Translations under genes and position numbers: made by a program
Notes under the pieces: model-generated
What the model saw: the letters and a program-made list of their open reading frames with translations, nothing else
What the model was told of the DNA's origin: nothing
Databases searched by the model: none
Assembly: GCA_020891255.1 (NCBI GenBank)
Contig: BQFW01000002.1
Span: forward strand, 1,054,001-1,118,000
Length of the DNA stretch: 64,000 nt
Source of the DNA: Entomortierella parvispora E1425
Lineage: Eukaryota; Fungi; Mortierellomycota
Direction of reading: 5' to 3'
Shown here: positions 10,973 to 23,164 of the stretch, piece by piece
Numbering within the stretch: position 1 is the stretch's first letter
Layout: each line of letters begins with the position of its first letter

Positions 10973-13192
10973 CTAAACGAGCAAAACAGAGTCAATGACA
11001 GCGAACCCGGCTGCGACACCCCCTTCGTTGCTTTCCACTCCCTTTGTGCGCAACAAATGGCCACCGTTATCGTTCCTGACCACGCGCTTGCCATCATGCA
11101 AGTAGATGCCGTAAACGCCCAGTTCCGACACCACGTCCGCCTTTTGTAATTCGCCCTGGCGAAGTAACACATTCTTGGTCACAGGTGGACGGATGATGTC
11201 CATCAAGATATAGGCGTTTCTCTGTTCTGGTGTCAAGGTCTTCAAGGTGGTCTGGATGTCTTTTCCATAGATGTTGTTTCCACCACCTTCCCGCTGAGGC
11301 TTCATCACCAACTCATCGCTGTTTTTGAGAGCAGCTTCATAAGCAGCCAGGCCTTCGCTGGTATGATCCAGAGGGTAAAGACCAGTGAACGAAGCTCTCA
11401 AAGCTGCCACGGACACGGGATCCTGCACAAAGCGTTCCAACTGCCCTGGAGCCGCAAGAACTTGCTGGACCTTCTTTGTCCCTACGAGTTGATAGGCAAC
11501 AGTGGGGCATTTGATGGCCAACGAACGCTCGGCCAAAAGTCGACCTTCCCATTCCTTTTCTGTTGGGTAATCCGTGGTGGCGTACGCTGATCTGTAATAG
11601 GCCACCGAAATCTCTTGGTCACCACTGGTTGTTTTTGAAGAGCAAGATGAATAGATGTTTGTCAGTTAGGACATCAGCCTGCAATTCCAAGATATTTGAT
11701 AACGTCTGAAGAGAAAGGGGGAGGGGGGGGGTTCTTGTTCAACTTACATGTAGAGCGCTTTGGTTTGGGGGTCCAATCTTCCGTGATCAGCAACCTCTGC
11801 CAAAGTCTTACGGATCAACACGATACCATGACTGAAAGCAAGAACCAAAGAAGTAAAACGCAAAGTTAGATCCAGATGATAAAAGGAGGAGGCGAGAAAG
11901 CGAGGTTGGAGAGGGTAGACTTACTTTTTCAAGAGATTGTACTCAATATAGCGTTGGTCAAAGGCATTTCTCTCTCCAGGCTGGACAACCATCATGACTT
12001 TGGCACTATACACAAAAAAAAAAAAAAAAAATGCCAAACATGAGTTCATTGCTACCCTTTTGTCTTCAGAATTTTGCTTTCCTTCAACGGGACCATTCGC
12101 TAATGAATATACATACGTCTTGGATCCATAGTGCTGGTGGGCGGAAGCCAATCCTGAAGCAATCGACTCGATCGACTCACTGCTGGGCAAGGCTGAAACA
12201 TCTAGTTTGTCTGTAAAGTATCCCGTTGTTGCTTGAAGGTATCTATCGAGGCATAGTTCATAGTATTGTCAGATATCGCCGTCATGTACAATAGCACCCT
12301 CCTGTGAAAACTGTCTTTCGAGAAGCATCGACAAGATCTCCTGGTCCTTGGTTTTCGCCCTCACTCACCTATGCAGATCTCCTGTCAACGACGAGAGACT
12401 GCCAAAGGAGACCGAGATAGTGTTCATTTCCACTTGCTTGATCGCCGCCTCTGAGAAATCCTGTCCTGGGCTCAAGTGGATGATGTAGTCCGATCGGTGC
12501 ACTCCCAGAGACGCAGGCTAAACATGATCGAGAACAAGTTTGTGGATTTGTCAGAGATCAAGTGTGAAAAGGCAGTCCATCGATCCAGAATTATTCAGCC
12601 CGAGAAAGACGGAGGAGAAAGTCCCCCAATATTCCCAGGATCCTACTTCAATTGCGCCATCGTGCTGATCACTATATTTTGTGCATCCCTCTTTCTTTTT
12701 TAGATCTAAAGAGATCATGTCGTTATTTTCGTACCTGCGCAATTCCCTCCTTCTTGACCAGGAGATAAAGATCGTACAGGCGCTTCACGAAATCGTCCAC
12801 CGTGGAGAGACTATTTCCGAAACAATTAGACAAGAGAAAAGAAAAGGGTCAGACTCCAGGTGGGCAAACAGAACAAGAGGGCGAAGGGGGTCCAAGGGCC
12901 GTTCTTTTTTTTTTTTTTCATACCTTTCCATGATTTCCTTCAAAAAGGCATCATCCTCAGAGATATCGTGAACCAATTGGTTGAACAAGGGTTGGATCTT
13001 GACTGCATCCTGGAAGGCTTTCGCAGGGAATGGAGTAGGGAAGAGAGAAACGGGGGCATTGACGACTCCTGTGTGGGAGGCCGCGGTGGCGGGGGGTCGG
13101 ACGACAAGACCATGCGAAAGAGCGTAGTCCAGAGCGGCATCCTTGAGGATGAGCAATTGATCGTCCGTGACGGAAGTGGCCAGGTCAGACAT
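10973..13192 (-). CDS. GSH2: Glutathione synthetase (eukaryotic type), multi-exon
   Basis: Motifs LGVHRSDY, KQVEMNTIS, VVQPGERNAFDQR, KPQREGGGNNIY and ESNEGGVAAG. Exons join in frame. Confidence 0.95.
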
Positions 13193-13282
13193 TATGGCAA
13201 TTTGGAGTCTGATGAAGCGAAAAGGGATTGAAAAGAATGAGAAAAGAAGGACGAGGAATGAAAAGAGAAGGGAAAGATGAGA

Positions 13283-13309
13283 TGAATGAATGAATGAATG
13301 AATGAATGA
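13283..13309 (+). repeat. (TGAA)6 microsatellite in the GSH2 upstream/5' UTR region
   Basis: Seen directly. Confidence 0.8.
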
Positions 13310-13657
13310 GAAAAAGGAACAAACGCATGACAAAGCGCCGAGAGCAGAGCAGACTCGGCGGGGAAGTGCGCCCGTCCTGAATCTGAATCTGCGCAGAGCC
13401 AGTCCTGTCTCTCTGTCTTTGCGTCTCTTTGTGTCTGTCCTTCTCTCCCTCTGCCCTTGTCTTTGCCCTGATATCAGGAAGGACTCTCTTGCTCCTTTGC
13501 TCATGACCCTGGCTGCTCCATCCTAATCCCCCTTCACTTTCACAGGGCCGTCTCTGCCTTCACCGTGCCTTCCAAAAAAAAAAAAATGGTGGCGCAAGAT
13601 TTTATGACAAATTGCTTTTTGGAAAAAAAAAAAATTAGGGTATGCTCGCCTTGGGCC

Positions 13658-16172
13658 TCAGGGCCCTCCCTCGGCAGAAATTTGGGCTCCTTTCTTCGAG
13701 AAGAGGGCAGCATTCACCACGTCTTGAAACTTCAAACTCTTGCCGCTGGGTGATCCCGCCGCACCCGCTCCACCCTGTACTGAAGCCTGGGCGTCCGTGG
13801 CGGACGCTGCAAGCGGGGAACCATTTGGGACACCACCACCGCCTTGTACTCTCCTCAAGATGCCCACAGCCCTTGCGGCCTTCTTGAACACATTGCGCGC
13901 ATCAAAGTTCCTGCGGACAGCCGGCAAGAGATTCACACTGTCGGAGGGGGATGCTGGCGCAGACAAATCTTGATCAAGCATCGCGCGGAACCAAGGGTGT
14001 GAAAGGGCATGTGTGGCCGTAGATCGTTTGTCGGCGGGTCGCACCAGAAGTGAATCGATGAACGCCTTGGCCAATGGTGACACATCCTTCCAGTACATAT
14101 CCTCGTACAGGTACTCGCCTGCCATGATATTCTCAAACAATGCAGATTGATCTAAGAGTCGAGTGTTAAAGGTTAGTTCAAGTCCACCAACGGTTCAGGA
14201 GTGTTTTTAAAAAGAAAGGAGAAAGGAAGTACGTTACCTTCTCCCCAGAAAGGTGTATATCCGCAGAGAAGAGTGTAGGCGATAACGCCTACACTCCAGA
14301 TGTCGACGGGCTTGCCGTGTCCAACCTGCTCTAATACCTCTGGTGCGACATATCCAGGAGTTCCACAAGCTGTCATTAAGACATCGTTTCCATTGGTCAA
14401 GACCTTGCTTAGACCAAAGTCCGTGATCATAAGTCGCGCGGATTCCGTCGTGTCTGCAAACAACAGATTCTCAGGCTTCAAGTCGCGATGGACAATGTCA
14501 AGGCTGTGTAGATACTCCACGCCGAGCAAGATCTCACGGACGAGTCTTGCAGCGTCACCCTCGGTGTAGTAGCCCTTCTTCAGCAGCTGATCAAAGAGTT
14601 CCCCTCCAGCAGCCATGTCTGTGACCAGGTAAACCGCATCTTCAGTCTCAAACATTTCCAAAAGCGAGACGCAATTGGGATGCCGTACGCGAGAAAGGAC
14701 ACTGATCTCTGTCTCCAGCATTGCAGCCTTGTCTATGGTAAGGAATTTTTAAAAAAAGATCAATGAATGACTGGAATGCATACTCAAGAAATGAAGGACG
14801 TTACAAGATCGACCCTTCCCTTACCAAGCAATTTCGACTTTAAAATAATCTTCAGGGCATATGACTTCCCTGTCGACTTTAACTTGATCTCCTTGACCGT
14901 TGCAAACGTGCCAACGCCAAGTATGTTGTCTGTGATGGTGTAGAGCTCTAGCAAGGTTGGATGCATCTTGGGTCCACTTCTCCTCCTCTCTATCGTTGCC
15001 GAGATACTCGTGCCAATAAAAGGACCAGCCGGTTCTCGGGGAATAACATCGTTCTCATGAAGGGGTTGATGGCTGTCCTTGATGTCTTTATCTTTCGATG
15101 CCCCCCTTCCTACTCCTGTCCCTGTTTCAGTCCCTGATTTTGATGGGTGTTGATCTTCAGAGTCGCTGTCGTCTTCAGAGACGGAGAGGTAGTTGAGACT
15201 GGGGTCGGATGGACCGTAGGTGTGGACGTCTTTGCCTTTGCCTCTCTTCTTGAGGTCCTTGTTCTTGTGAGATTTGTCCCGAGTCAACGATTTGAGGAGT
15301 CTTTTGAAGAATTGAAGGATTTCTTTCATCGATCGGGTAACACGATGGCGTTTAGAGGGTTTTGCTGGGCGTGTCTTTTGATCCAAGGATTGTTTTTGGC
15401 CTTTCTGTTGTTGCTGATTCGTCTTGTGATTCTGTGCCCCCTGCCGCCTCCGCGCTGGATCGGCAGGAGGGGCAGGAAGGCGGTGACTCTGGATGACGGT
15501 GTGCTTCTCGATGCTCGTGGGGGGCAGAGCAGAGACCGAGGTGATGGCATTGACAGATTGAGCCGCTGCTTCAATAACGCTGAAGCGTTCCCCTCCAGAC
15601 GAGACAGAGGCAGAGTTGCTCTTTTGTCGAATTTGTTCCCACAGATGCTGCGACCAGTCCTGTACACTCTTGTGATGGGAGGGGTGGTATGGGGTGAGGT
15701 AGTCGAGGTTGAGCTCATCGGCAGTCCAGGGGGCAAGGATAGGGGAGGGTGTCTCTGCTTCGGTGACAAAAGTCTGGACGGCACAGAGCGTGTTGTCCTG
15801 ATAATGGTAGTGCAAGATCGAAGGTGAATCCTCCGCGGGATAATTGTCGTCGTCGCTGTTGTTGATGCCGTTGCTGTTGCAGTCATAATAATTAGAGCCG
15901 TGCTCCGCTTGCGAGGTCGAGGCTGAGACTTGATCGGCCTTGGATTTGGACACGCTCTCGCCCAGTGGCGACTCGGCGTGGCCCTGGGAGCTGCTGCCTG
16001 CCGCACTGTGGATGGGAGGGATCGAGATGACGAGGGATGATGTGGATGGGGCAGAGGTGCTGGAGCTAGTGCTGAAGCTGGCGCCGGGTGTGCTCCCTGG
16101 CGACGGGAAGGACTCGGCCTCGAATGTATCTTGGGTGGTCAAGCAAGGCCTGGAGGGAGACTGGTCGAGCAT
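13658..16172 (-). CDS. Ca2+/calmodulin-dependent protein kinase (CMK1/2-like) with a long N-terminal extension, 3 exons, 778 aa
   Basis: Exons 16172-14825, 14732-14238 and 14151-13658. Motifs LGVGTFATV, HRDLKPEN, DFG and CGTPGYVAPE, plus a CaM-binding-like tail FDARNVFKKAARAVGILRR. Confidence 0.88.
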
Positions 16173-16792
16173 GGTGGGGAATGCAATGCAACACAATGAG
16201 CAAAGAGACTGAGGAATGAGAGAATGAGACGGCGAGGGATGAGCGAGACGAGACGGGACAAGAAGAAGAAGAAGAGAGAAGGACGGGTGGAAGAAAGAGA
16301 AGGGAGAGAAGGGACAGGAAACAGAAACAGGAAGCAGGCAGCAAGGCAAGAAAACAAACACACGGCCGCAGCGAGGAGAACCAGACAGGGACAGACAGGG
16401 CGAAGACACCGAGAGCGAACGAGAGAGAGAGACAGAGAGAGACAGAGAAAGACAGGGCAGAGGCAGTTGGACAACTGCAGTCAAAAGTGAGGGGCGGAGC
16501 AAAGCACTCCGTCGATTCATTTTTTACTTTGTAGTGCAATTGACATCGTCTCATTGAACAGAGAATAGAGAATAGAGAATGGACCCCATTGAATGGTGGG
16601 CTGTGCAGCCCCGCGTGGCCATTGGTCCGCTGCGTCTCTTCTCTCCTCTCACAAACACAAACACAGCCGCACTGCCCGTCCGTCGCTCAATCGGGTCACT
16701 GCTTTGCCGCCATATCTTTGATATCTTGGCTGGGCTACTTGACGACTCGCTCTTGGCTCTGGACGGTAGCAAAGGTTCTTGGCGTGACTTGC

Positions 16793-19742
16793 CTACCGCA
16801 GGCATTTGCGTGCGCGAATCACCAGAGACGCCCACGCCATCAGGCGATACACCACCACCAGCACCACAATCATGACCACATTCGTCGAGAGATTTACATG
16901 GTCAAAGTGCAGGTCCTGCAGGACAGCCTCACCCGACCGCCATGCACACGCTCCTTTTTGTCTCATCTCCTCTGTACAATTAATCCTTAATCCGCTAAAC
17001 TCGTTCACAGCGAGGACCGCGGATGTGAACTTGAACACCGAGATGTGGTTTAGGATACCAAGGAACCAGGGAAGAGCCGGGACCATGAACCCTGCCATGA
17101 AAGTCAACAGTAGCACCTATCGTTTTTGTTTTTGTGTGAGTGCCAGTCCATACAAAAAAAACAAAAAAAAATGTTGACAACTGCCTTTTACCGTAGAGTT
17201 GACGAAGGTCACCCCGAGACCTCCGTGCGAAATCCAGACAGAGTAAATGATGCCGATACTTTCTCCCGAGGTAATAAACGCAAAGACAACCAAGATCATG
17301 GACGGTACACTCGTTGAGGTCTTCTGGAACCCAGATGCAAATATGATAAGGGTGGCACAGAGCGTTGACGCGATAGTGGCTAGAGGGATCTCATTTGCCA
17401 TATATGACAACAAAAAGGACGAGGCCCCGTAGCATCCATTTGATATCTCCCTAAATGCAATATCTTTCTGTGCTCGCAAGCAGATCAAAGAGTGAATGTT
17501 AGAATGTACTCTAGTAACTAGATGGTGGAATGAAGGACTAGGAGGGGTGAAAGATAAAGGGGAGGTGTACCTCTCGTGGAAATGCAGCCAAACTTGCCAA
17601 GATTGCCGCGGAGGTGATGCAAGTCATCTGTTGAAAGCACCCGAGTCTGCTGAAAACCCCTGCGGGCTGAGATCCAAGATCATGAAAGTATACGATAAGC
17701 ACCAAAACTATCATGGTAGGCTGATTGACCCTATTGAGCCAAGTCCCCTTTTGCCGCAAATGATTCTGGAAAAGCCGCCGGACTAAAATCGGGACAGCTT
17801 TTGACAAGCCGGCGTAATGAGGTACAACATCTCCGAGTGGTGGCATGGCAGTAGTTGCGGTTGGAACTTTCTCCTCTTCAGACTGCCCTGATGCTGAAGA
17901 TTCTTGGCGTCGCAGCATTTCAGATTGAACATAGAGGGCAGCAAGATGCTCCACCCTTGCCCGAGTCATTGCTTCGAGTTCTGGCGTACGGAAGTTGACC
18001 GAAGCCGTGTCGATAATAAAATCTAGAAGAATAAACTCTGTCATTAGCAAATGTCCCCACAGAGCAGGCATCGGGTTCTATAGAATAGTCAACGTGGCTT
18101 GCCTGGTGGATTTGCATGAGGAGGAAGGATATGTCCTGCAGCTGCAAAGTAGTCAATAACTTCATTGGCCTTACCAGAATACGCCAAACGTCCTCCTGTC
18201 AAAAGAAGAAGGATGTTATCAAACGTATGCCAGATATCGCTTCTCGGTTGATGGATCGTGCAGACCACTGTCCGTCCAGATTGCGCAATTTTCTTCAGCG
18301 TTTGAACAATGGTCAGAGCTATGAAGATGCTTGAACCAATTAGTTTTTTGACAAATAATGATCGTGATGTCCTCCATGAATTATTTCTCACCAGACACAG
18401 CATCTAGACCAGTTGTAGGTTCATCCAAGAACAGGCATGCAGGCTCGAGAATCAGCTTGACCCCGATGGAAACTCTCCTCCGTTGACCGCCAGAAATACC
18501 GCTGCTGTCGCTGTTCCCTACTAGAGTCTCCGCACATTCACGAAGTCCCATGATATCGATAATCTCTTCGACCTTTGCGTGCTTTTCCACTTTTGAGAGT
18601 CCTGAGATGGCAGACTTGTGAGATGGCAGACCCAGTTCTGCGGCATACCTGAGAGTCTCTCGTACTGTCAAATGAGGCAACAAAAAGTTGTCTTCTTGAC
18701 GTACAAATCCGCAAACAGTGTTGATCTTGTGGACGGACGGATTCTTTGTGCCATTAAAATGTATGTTTCCTTGAATACTCAAATCTCCCGAGGTCCTATT
18801 TAGGAGCGCGTTCAAGAGACTGGTCTTTCCAGAGCCACTGCCCCCCAAGATCGCCGTCAATTGACCAGACGGGATCACGAACTCCACATCTCGAAGAATC
18901 GTCTTTTGAGTTTGTCTCTTTTTCGGTATCATAATCCACGCTCGCGGCCGGATCCATTCCCAAGTGGTGATATTGAGGAAGACTGACAACTTTTCAATCC
19001 GAATCGTGACGGGTTCCCGAGCTGTGAGCTTCTCACCAAATTTTTCCACGCGCGAGGCTTCAATTTCGACGGCGACTACCTGTGGCGGATATTCATCCAT
19101 TACATCAGAAAGCTTTGCGATGGACTTTTTGGTCGTCTGTACCGGCCTCCTAGCTCCTGCGCAACTAAAGACATTCCAGACGGAGAAAAACATGAGCTCC
19201 ATTGGAGACTTGCCAGAGGCGACCTTTATGGCATTTGGTGAACGCGCTGCCAAGATAGTCCAAGAAAGTGCCATGTACGCAGCACAATGGACTAGGAAAA
19301 ATGCAATTGGTCCCGGGAAGTATCCAGGCGTAGCCTCGAGCTGGCCCTTCAAGATTGAATTTCCATCCCAAGGAGCGCAGCGCACCGGATCCCACTCTTG
19401 AGTGTCGGTGATATTCAAGGTAGGCCGCGAAAAGGGACAATCAAAATGTCTATCCGTGAACTGAACGCTGACCTGGGTTTGATATCCGAGGCGAATAAAC
19501 GAGAGGTAGTTGATCCCCTGGATGGGCTTCGGTATCTGGCTAGATGCAATGATGTATCCCGTTTGAATGGCTATTGGAGAAAATGTATCATTATCAATCG
19601 GATGTAATTTTCAAAATCACTGCAACACATGTCACTCTTTCTTGTGTGTACCGAAGACGAGGTAGCAGCAGGCGGCAAAGAGAGTGGCACCATCAAAGTC
19701 ACTATCAATCACTGTAGCGAGTAATCCGAACAATGATCTAGA

Positions 19743-19789
<47 letters not shown>

Positions 19790-22364
19790 TGATCAGCCCT
19801 GCGAAACTGGCATTCAGATTCATTTTGTCTTGGATATTTTATATTGAAGGAGCACTGCAGAGCGATAGCTTACATGGTGAATTGCAAAAGGATGTTGATT
19901 AAAACGCACCAGCACACGTATTGAATAGAGTCCGTCCGAAGACCGGTCATGTAATAGACGACAAGTGTGTACACTGAAGTTCAGACCGGTAAAGAAAATG
20001 GAGCGTCAGGGTCGATACTTATAACAGCGGCAACATTTCTAGACATTTGCTTCTTACCAAGTGGATGGAAAATATTCTCTGGAATATTGCAGATTGAATT
20101 ACTGAGGATATACGACATTGGGGTGTACCATCGGTCCATCCTCTCGCGTTCAAAGACCTTCATATCTGCTGCTGCTCTGTAGATTCCGATCAAAAGCCAC
20201 AGGTAAGGCTGCAACGCCACAAACACGTAGCACAGACTGGCTTGTGAACGCACATCAGCCTCGGTCAGTCCCAGCTTCCAAAAGATGACTCCAACGGCGA
20301 GCGCGATGGTGATGTTGATGGCGGTCATTGTCCAAAACATGGCACGGTCTCTACTTTTGTTGAGCCATGCCCTGCGAATCAACAATCGGCTTTGCTTCCG
20401 AATTGAAATAAACGCATGACTATCGGCCTGAGAACGAGGAGTTTTCATACTGCTGTTGATTCCACCGATATTCACAAGGTCCTCGGGGCTACTAGTCGGG
20501 GTTGCCAGAGACTCCTGGCTGTCTGTATTGAGCCGGTCATCTATATCCGGGTCTGGCAAAAACAAGGTCGAGGTGGTGATTGGCTCTTGAAACTCGTGTA
20601 TCGATATACCAGATGATGAGGGTGGATTGGTTTCCTGTTGCTCTTGTTTGTTGCCTCCTCTTCCCAACCCATTCCTCTTCTTCCATGCCTTGACAAGGCG
20701 ATCACGTCGCCGTGTACTGGAGCGTTCGTTGCTTTCACTAGAGAAATCAATCGAGGTCATGTCCAGGATATGGTCAAATGGGTTCATATCCAAAGGGCAT
20801 GGTGGTAAGCCAGTAGACTCTAACCAAGGGAGGATCCCTACCAGTGACCCACTGTAGAGGAGGTCTCCTTTTGATAGGAGGACGAGTTGACCGTTGGACT
20901 CGGTGAGCAGCTTGAAAATTTCTGATCGCGGCTGATGAATCGAAAGAACCACGGACTTGTTGAAGGACTGGGCAAAGGAGGATAGGGTCTTGACAATCTC
21001 AAAAGATGAAAACGCGTCCAGGCCTGCAAACCACGAGAAAAAAAAGAATGAGTGAGTTCGAACTGTGTCACCAACAATCTCTTCCCTCACATTTTGTCCG
21101 CAACAAAGGCCATACCTGAAGTCACTTCATCGCAAAGAAGCATGTGGGGGTTGGTCAAAAGTTGGACCGCCGCCGAAACTCTCCTCCTCTCGCCCCCACT
21201 GAGCCCACGGCGACTTGCGCCAGAGCCACCAGCACCGGATCCCCCTTGATCGGCTTCAGAAGCAGAGGCGTCGCCAATCAAAGTGTCCGCGCAAGTCTTG
21301 AGTCCCAGCTCGACAATGAGTGATTCTATACGGCTGCTCTTCTCCTCCATCGTCATCCCATTCGACAATCGGAGGTCGGCAGCAAACTGAAGTGTTTCCC
21401 TGACACTGGGAGTGTAGAAGAGAAAACAGAAAAAAAAAATGAAGATGAGTGATTGATCCTTCCAAGATGATGTATGGCCCTCCTGAACTCGATTCACGCG
21501 AGAGTAGCTGGTCAACGCTTACGTCAGAAATGGCAAAAGACGGTCATCCTGTCGCAAAAACCCAACGTGCCCACTTTTCCAAAAGGCCTTTGGGCTCTGA
21601 CCGTTCATACGAATAGCGCCCGTAGTCTTGATCTGCCGCGGGTTCATCCGTCCAGCCACAGCATTCAAAAGTGTCGTCTTCCCCGACCCAGAGCTCCCCA
21701 TGATCAAACACACTACGGATCAAGGCGGTATTTTGGTTCCAGGCATCGATGCGAGAGTTTTGAAAACAAGGTAAAAGTTAGGAGAGTCTTGAACCGAGGA
21801 CGGACAATTTTGTGCATGACACCAGTACAGTATGTTCTCCCTCTGTTTTCTTCTTGTCCCCCGATCTCTCTGTAGCCTACTCTCCTTACCTTGCCCTGGC
21901 ACGACATCAAAGCTGATGTTTCGAAAGATGTTAATACCTGTGCAGTGTTGCAGGTGATCCGCAGAAGAATCCACCCTTTCTTGCCCTTGTGAAAAACAAT
22001 CCTCTGCAGGCTGTCCTGTGTTTGACTCAAACTGGTCTTGAGGTCCTCTGCTCTTCAATGTGTGGTCAATGTGCCTGTCGTTTTTCTCTTTGGATCGAAG
22101 ACTTTGTTTGGATTTTCTGGCCATGAGCTGATAGAGTCGAACGAGGAATGAGGGTTCTGGTACGATGGAGAGGGTAAGGTTCTTGACAGAAAGCTTGATC
22201 TCAGTCGCAGATGGGATATTCTCGAGATGACAAAGGCTGATGTTGATATCATAGGGGAGGATGTCGTTGCGGGTCATACTGAGAGTTGAGATCCCTGAAT
22301 GACTTGTCTCCATCCTCGCGTTTTGCTGTGCATGATGAGGGTCATTCTGAGGTGAGAGGGCCAT
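16793..22364 (-). CDS. Full-size ABCG transporter, (NBD-TMD)2, YOL075C-like, multi-exon
   Basis: Two NBDs (GSSGSGKT/LSGGERRR/LCDE and GGSGSGKT/ISGGQRRR/FLDEPT), each followed by a TMD. Exons could be joined in frame. The start ATG is uncertain. Confidence 0.88.
19747..19787 (+). repeat. (AG)20 microsatellite; (CT)n polypyrimidine tract of an ABC-gene intron
   Basis: 41-nt AG run ending 9 nt from the 3' splice site on the minus strand. Confidence 0.95.
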
Positions 22365-23164
22365 GGCTCGATATAGGAGGAAGGAAAGGTCAACGGTAGC
22401 TTTTCTGTGCAATCAGGGCCACTAGCGGCTAATAAAACACCACAGGAAAGTAACTAGAGTGGATTATGAGAGAAGGATAGCAAGCAAAGATGAAGGGGAG
22501 ACAGAGAGAAAGAGATGAGAGAAGAGAGAAACCAGACTAGAAGCAACCGTGAAGTACAAGCAAGGATCTCTTGGGTGATCGCATGCATGCACTTCAGTCT
22601 TTTCTTTTGTTGATCATCCTTGAAGCCACCGCTTCTTCATTTTCCCAGGGCACGGACGTCCCCGTTTGGAGATAAGACGAGGCAGCGATCCCTTCCGAGA
22701 GAGGGAGCGGTGGTTTACATGGATCATGGATGCAGGGATGCAGGGATGCTGGTCTCCTTCGTTAGCCGCTTGCTGATTTCCCTTGCTTCGTGTCCACCTT
22801 CCCACCTCCTGGATCCACACATCTCTTTGCCCTGTCTTTCAGGTTGCGTTGAGTCGGTGACTCGCCTGGCAGAAGCAGTAGCATCCAGTCCGAGTTTTCT
22901 GTGGACTTTTTTTTTTACTCTCCTCGATTTTATGGTTTTTCCTCCCTTCTGACCCTTCCACATGCTGATCTTCTCCTTGATCCGACCCTCTCAAAAGAGG
23001 TGGATAAGCTCAACAGGGCCGCGAGGTTTTTCCGTTCATTTTGGCGGACACCCTCTCCGTCCGCGACGCGTCAACTTTTTTTTTTGCATTTATTCGCATT
23101 CTCATTTCAATACTATATACATGACCCCTCAGCCCCTTTTCCTCTCCAGGGACTTAGAAAGTCC

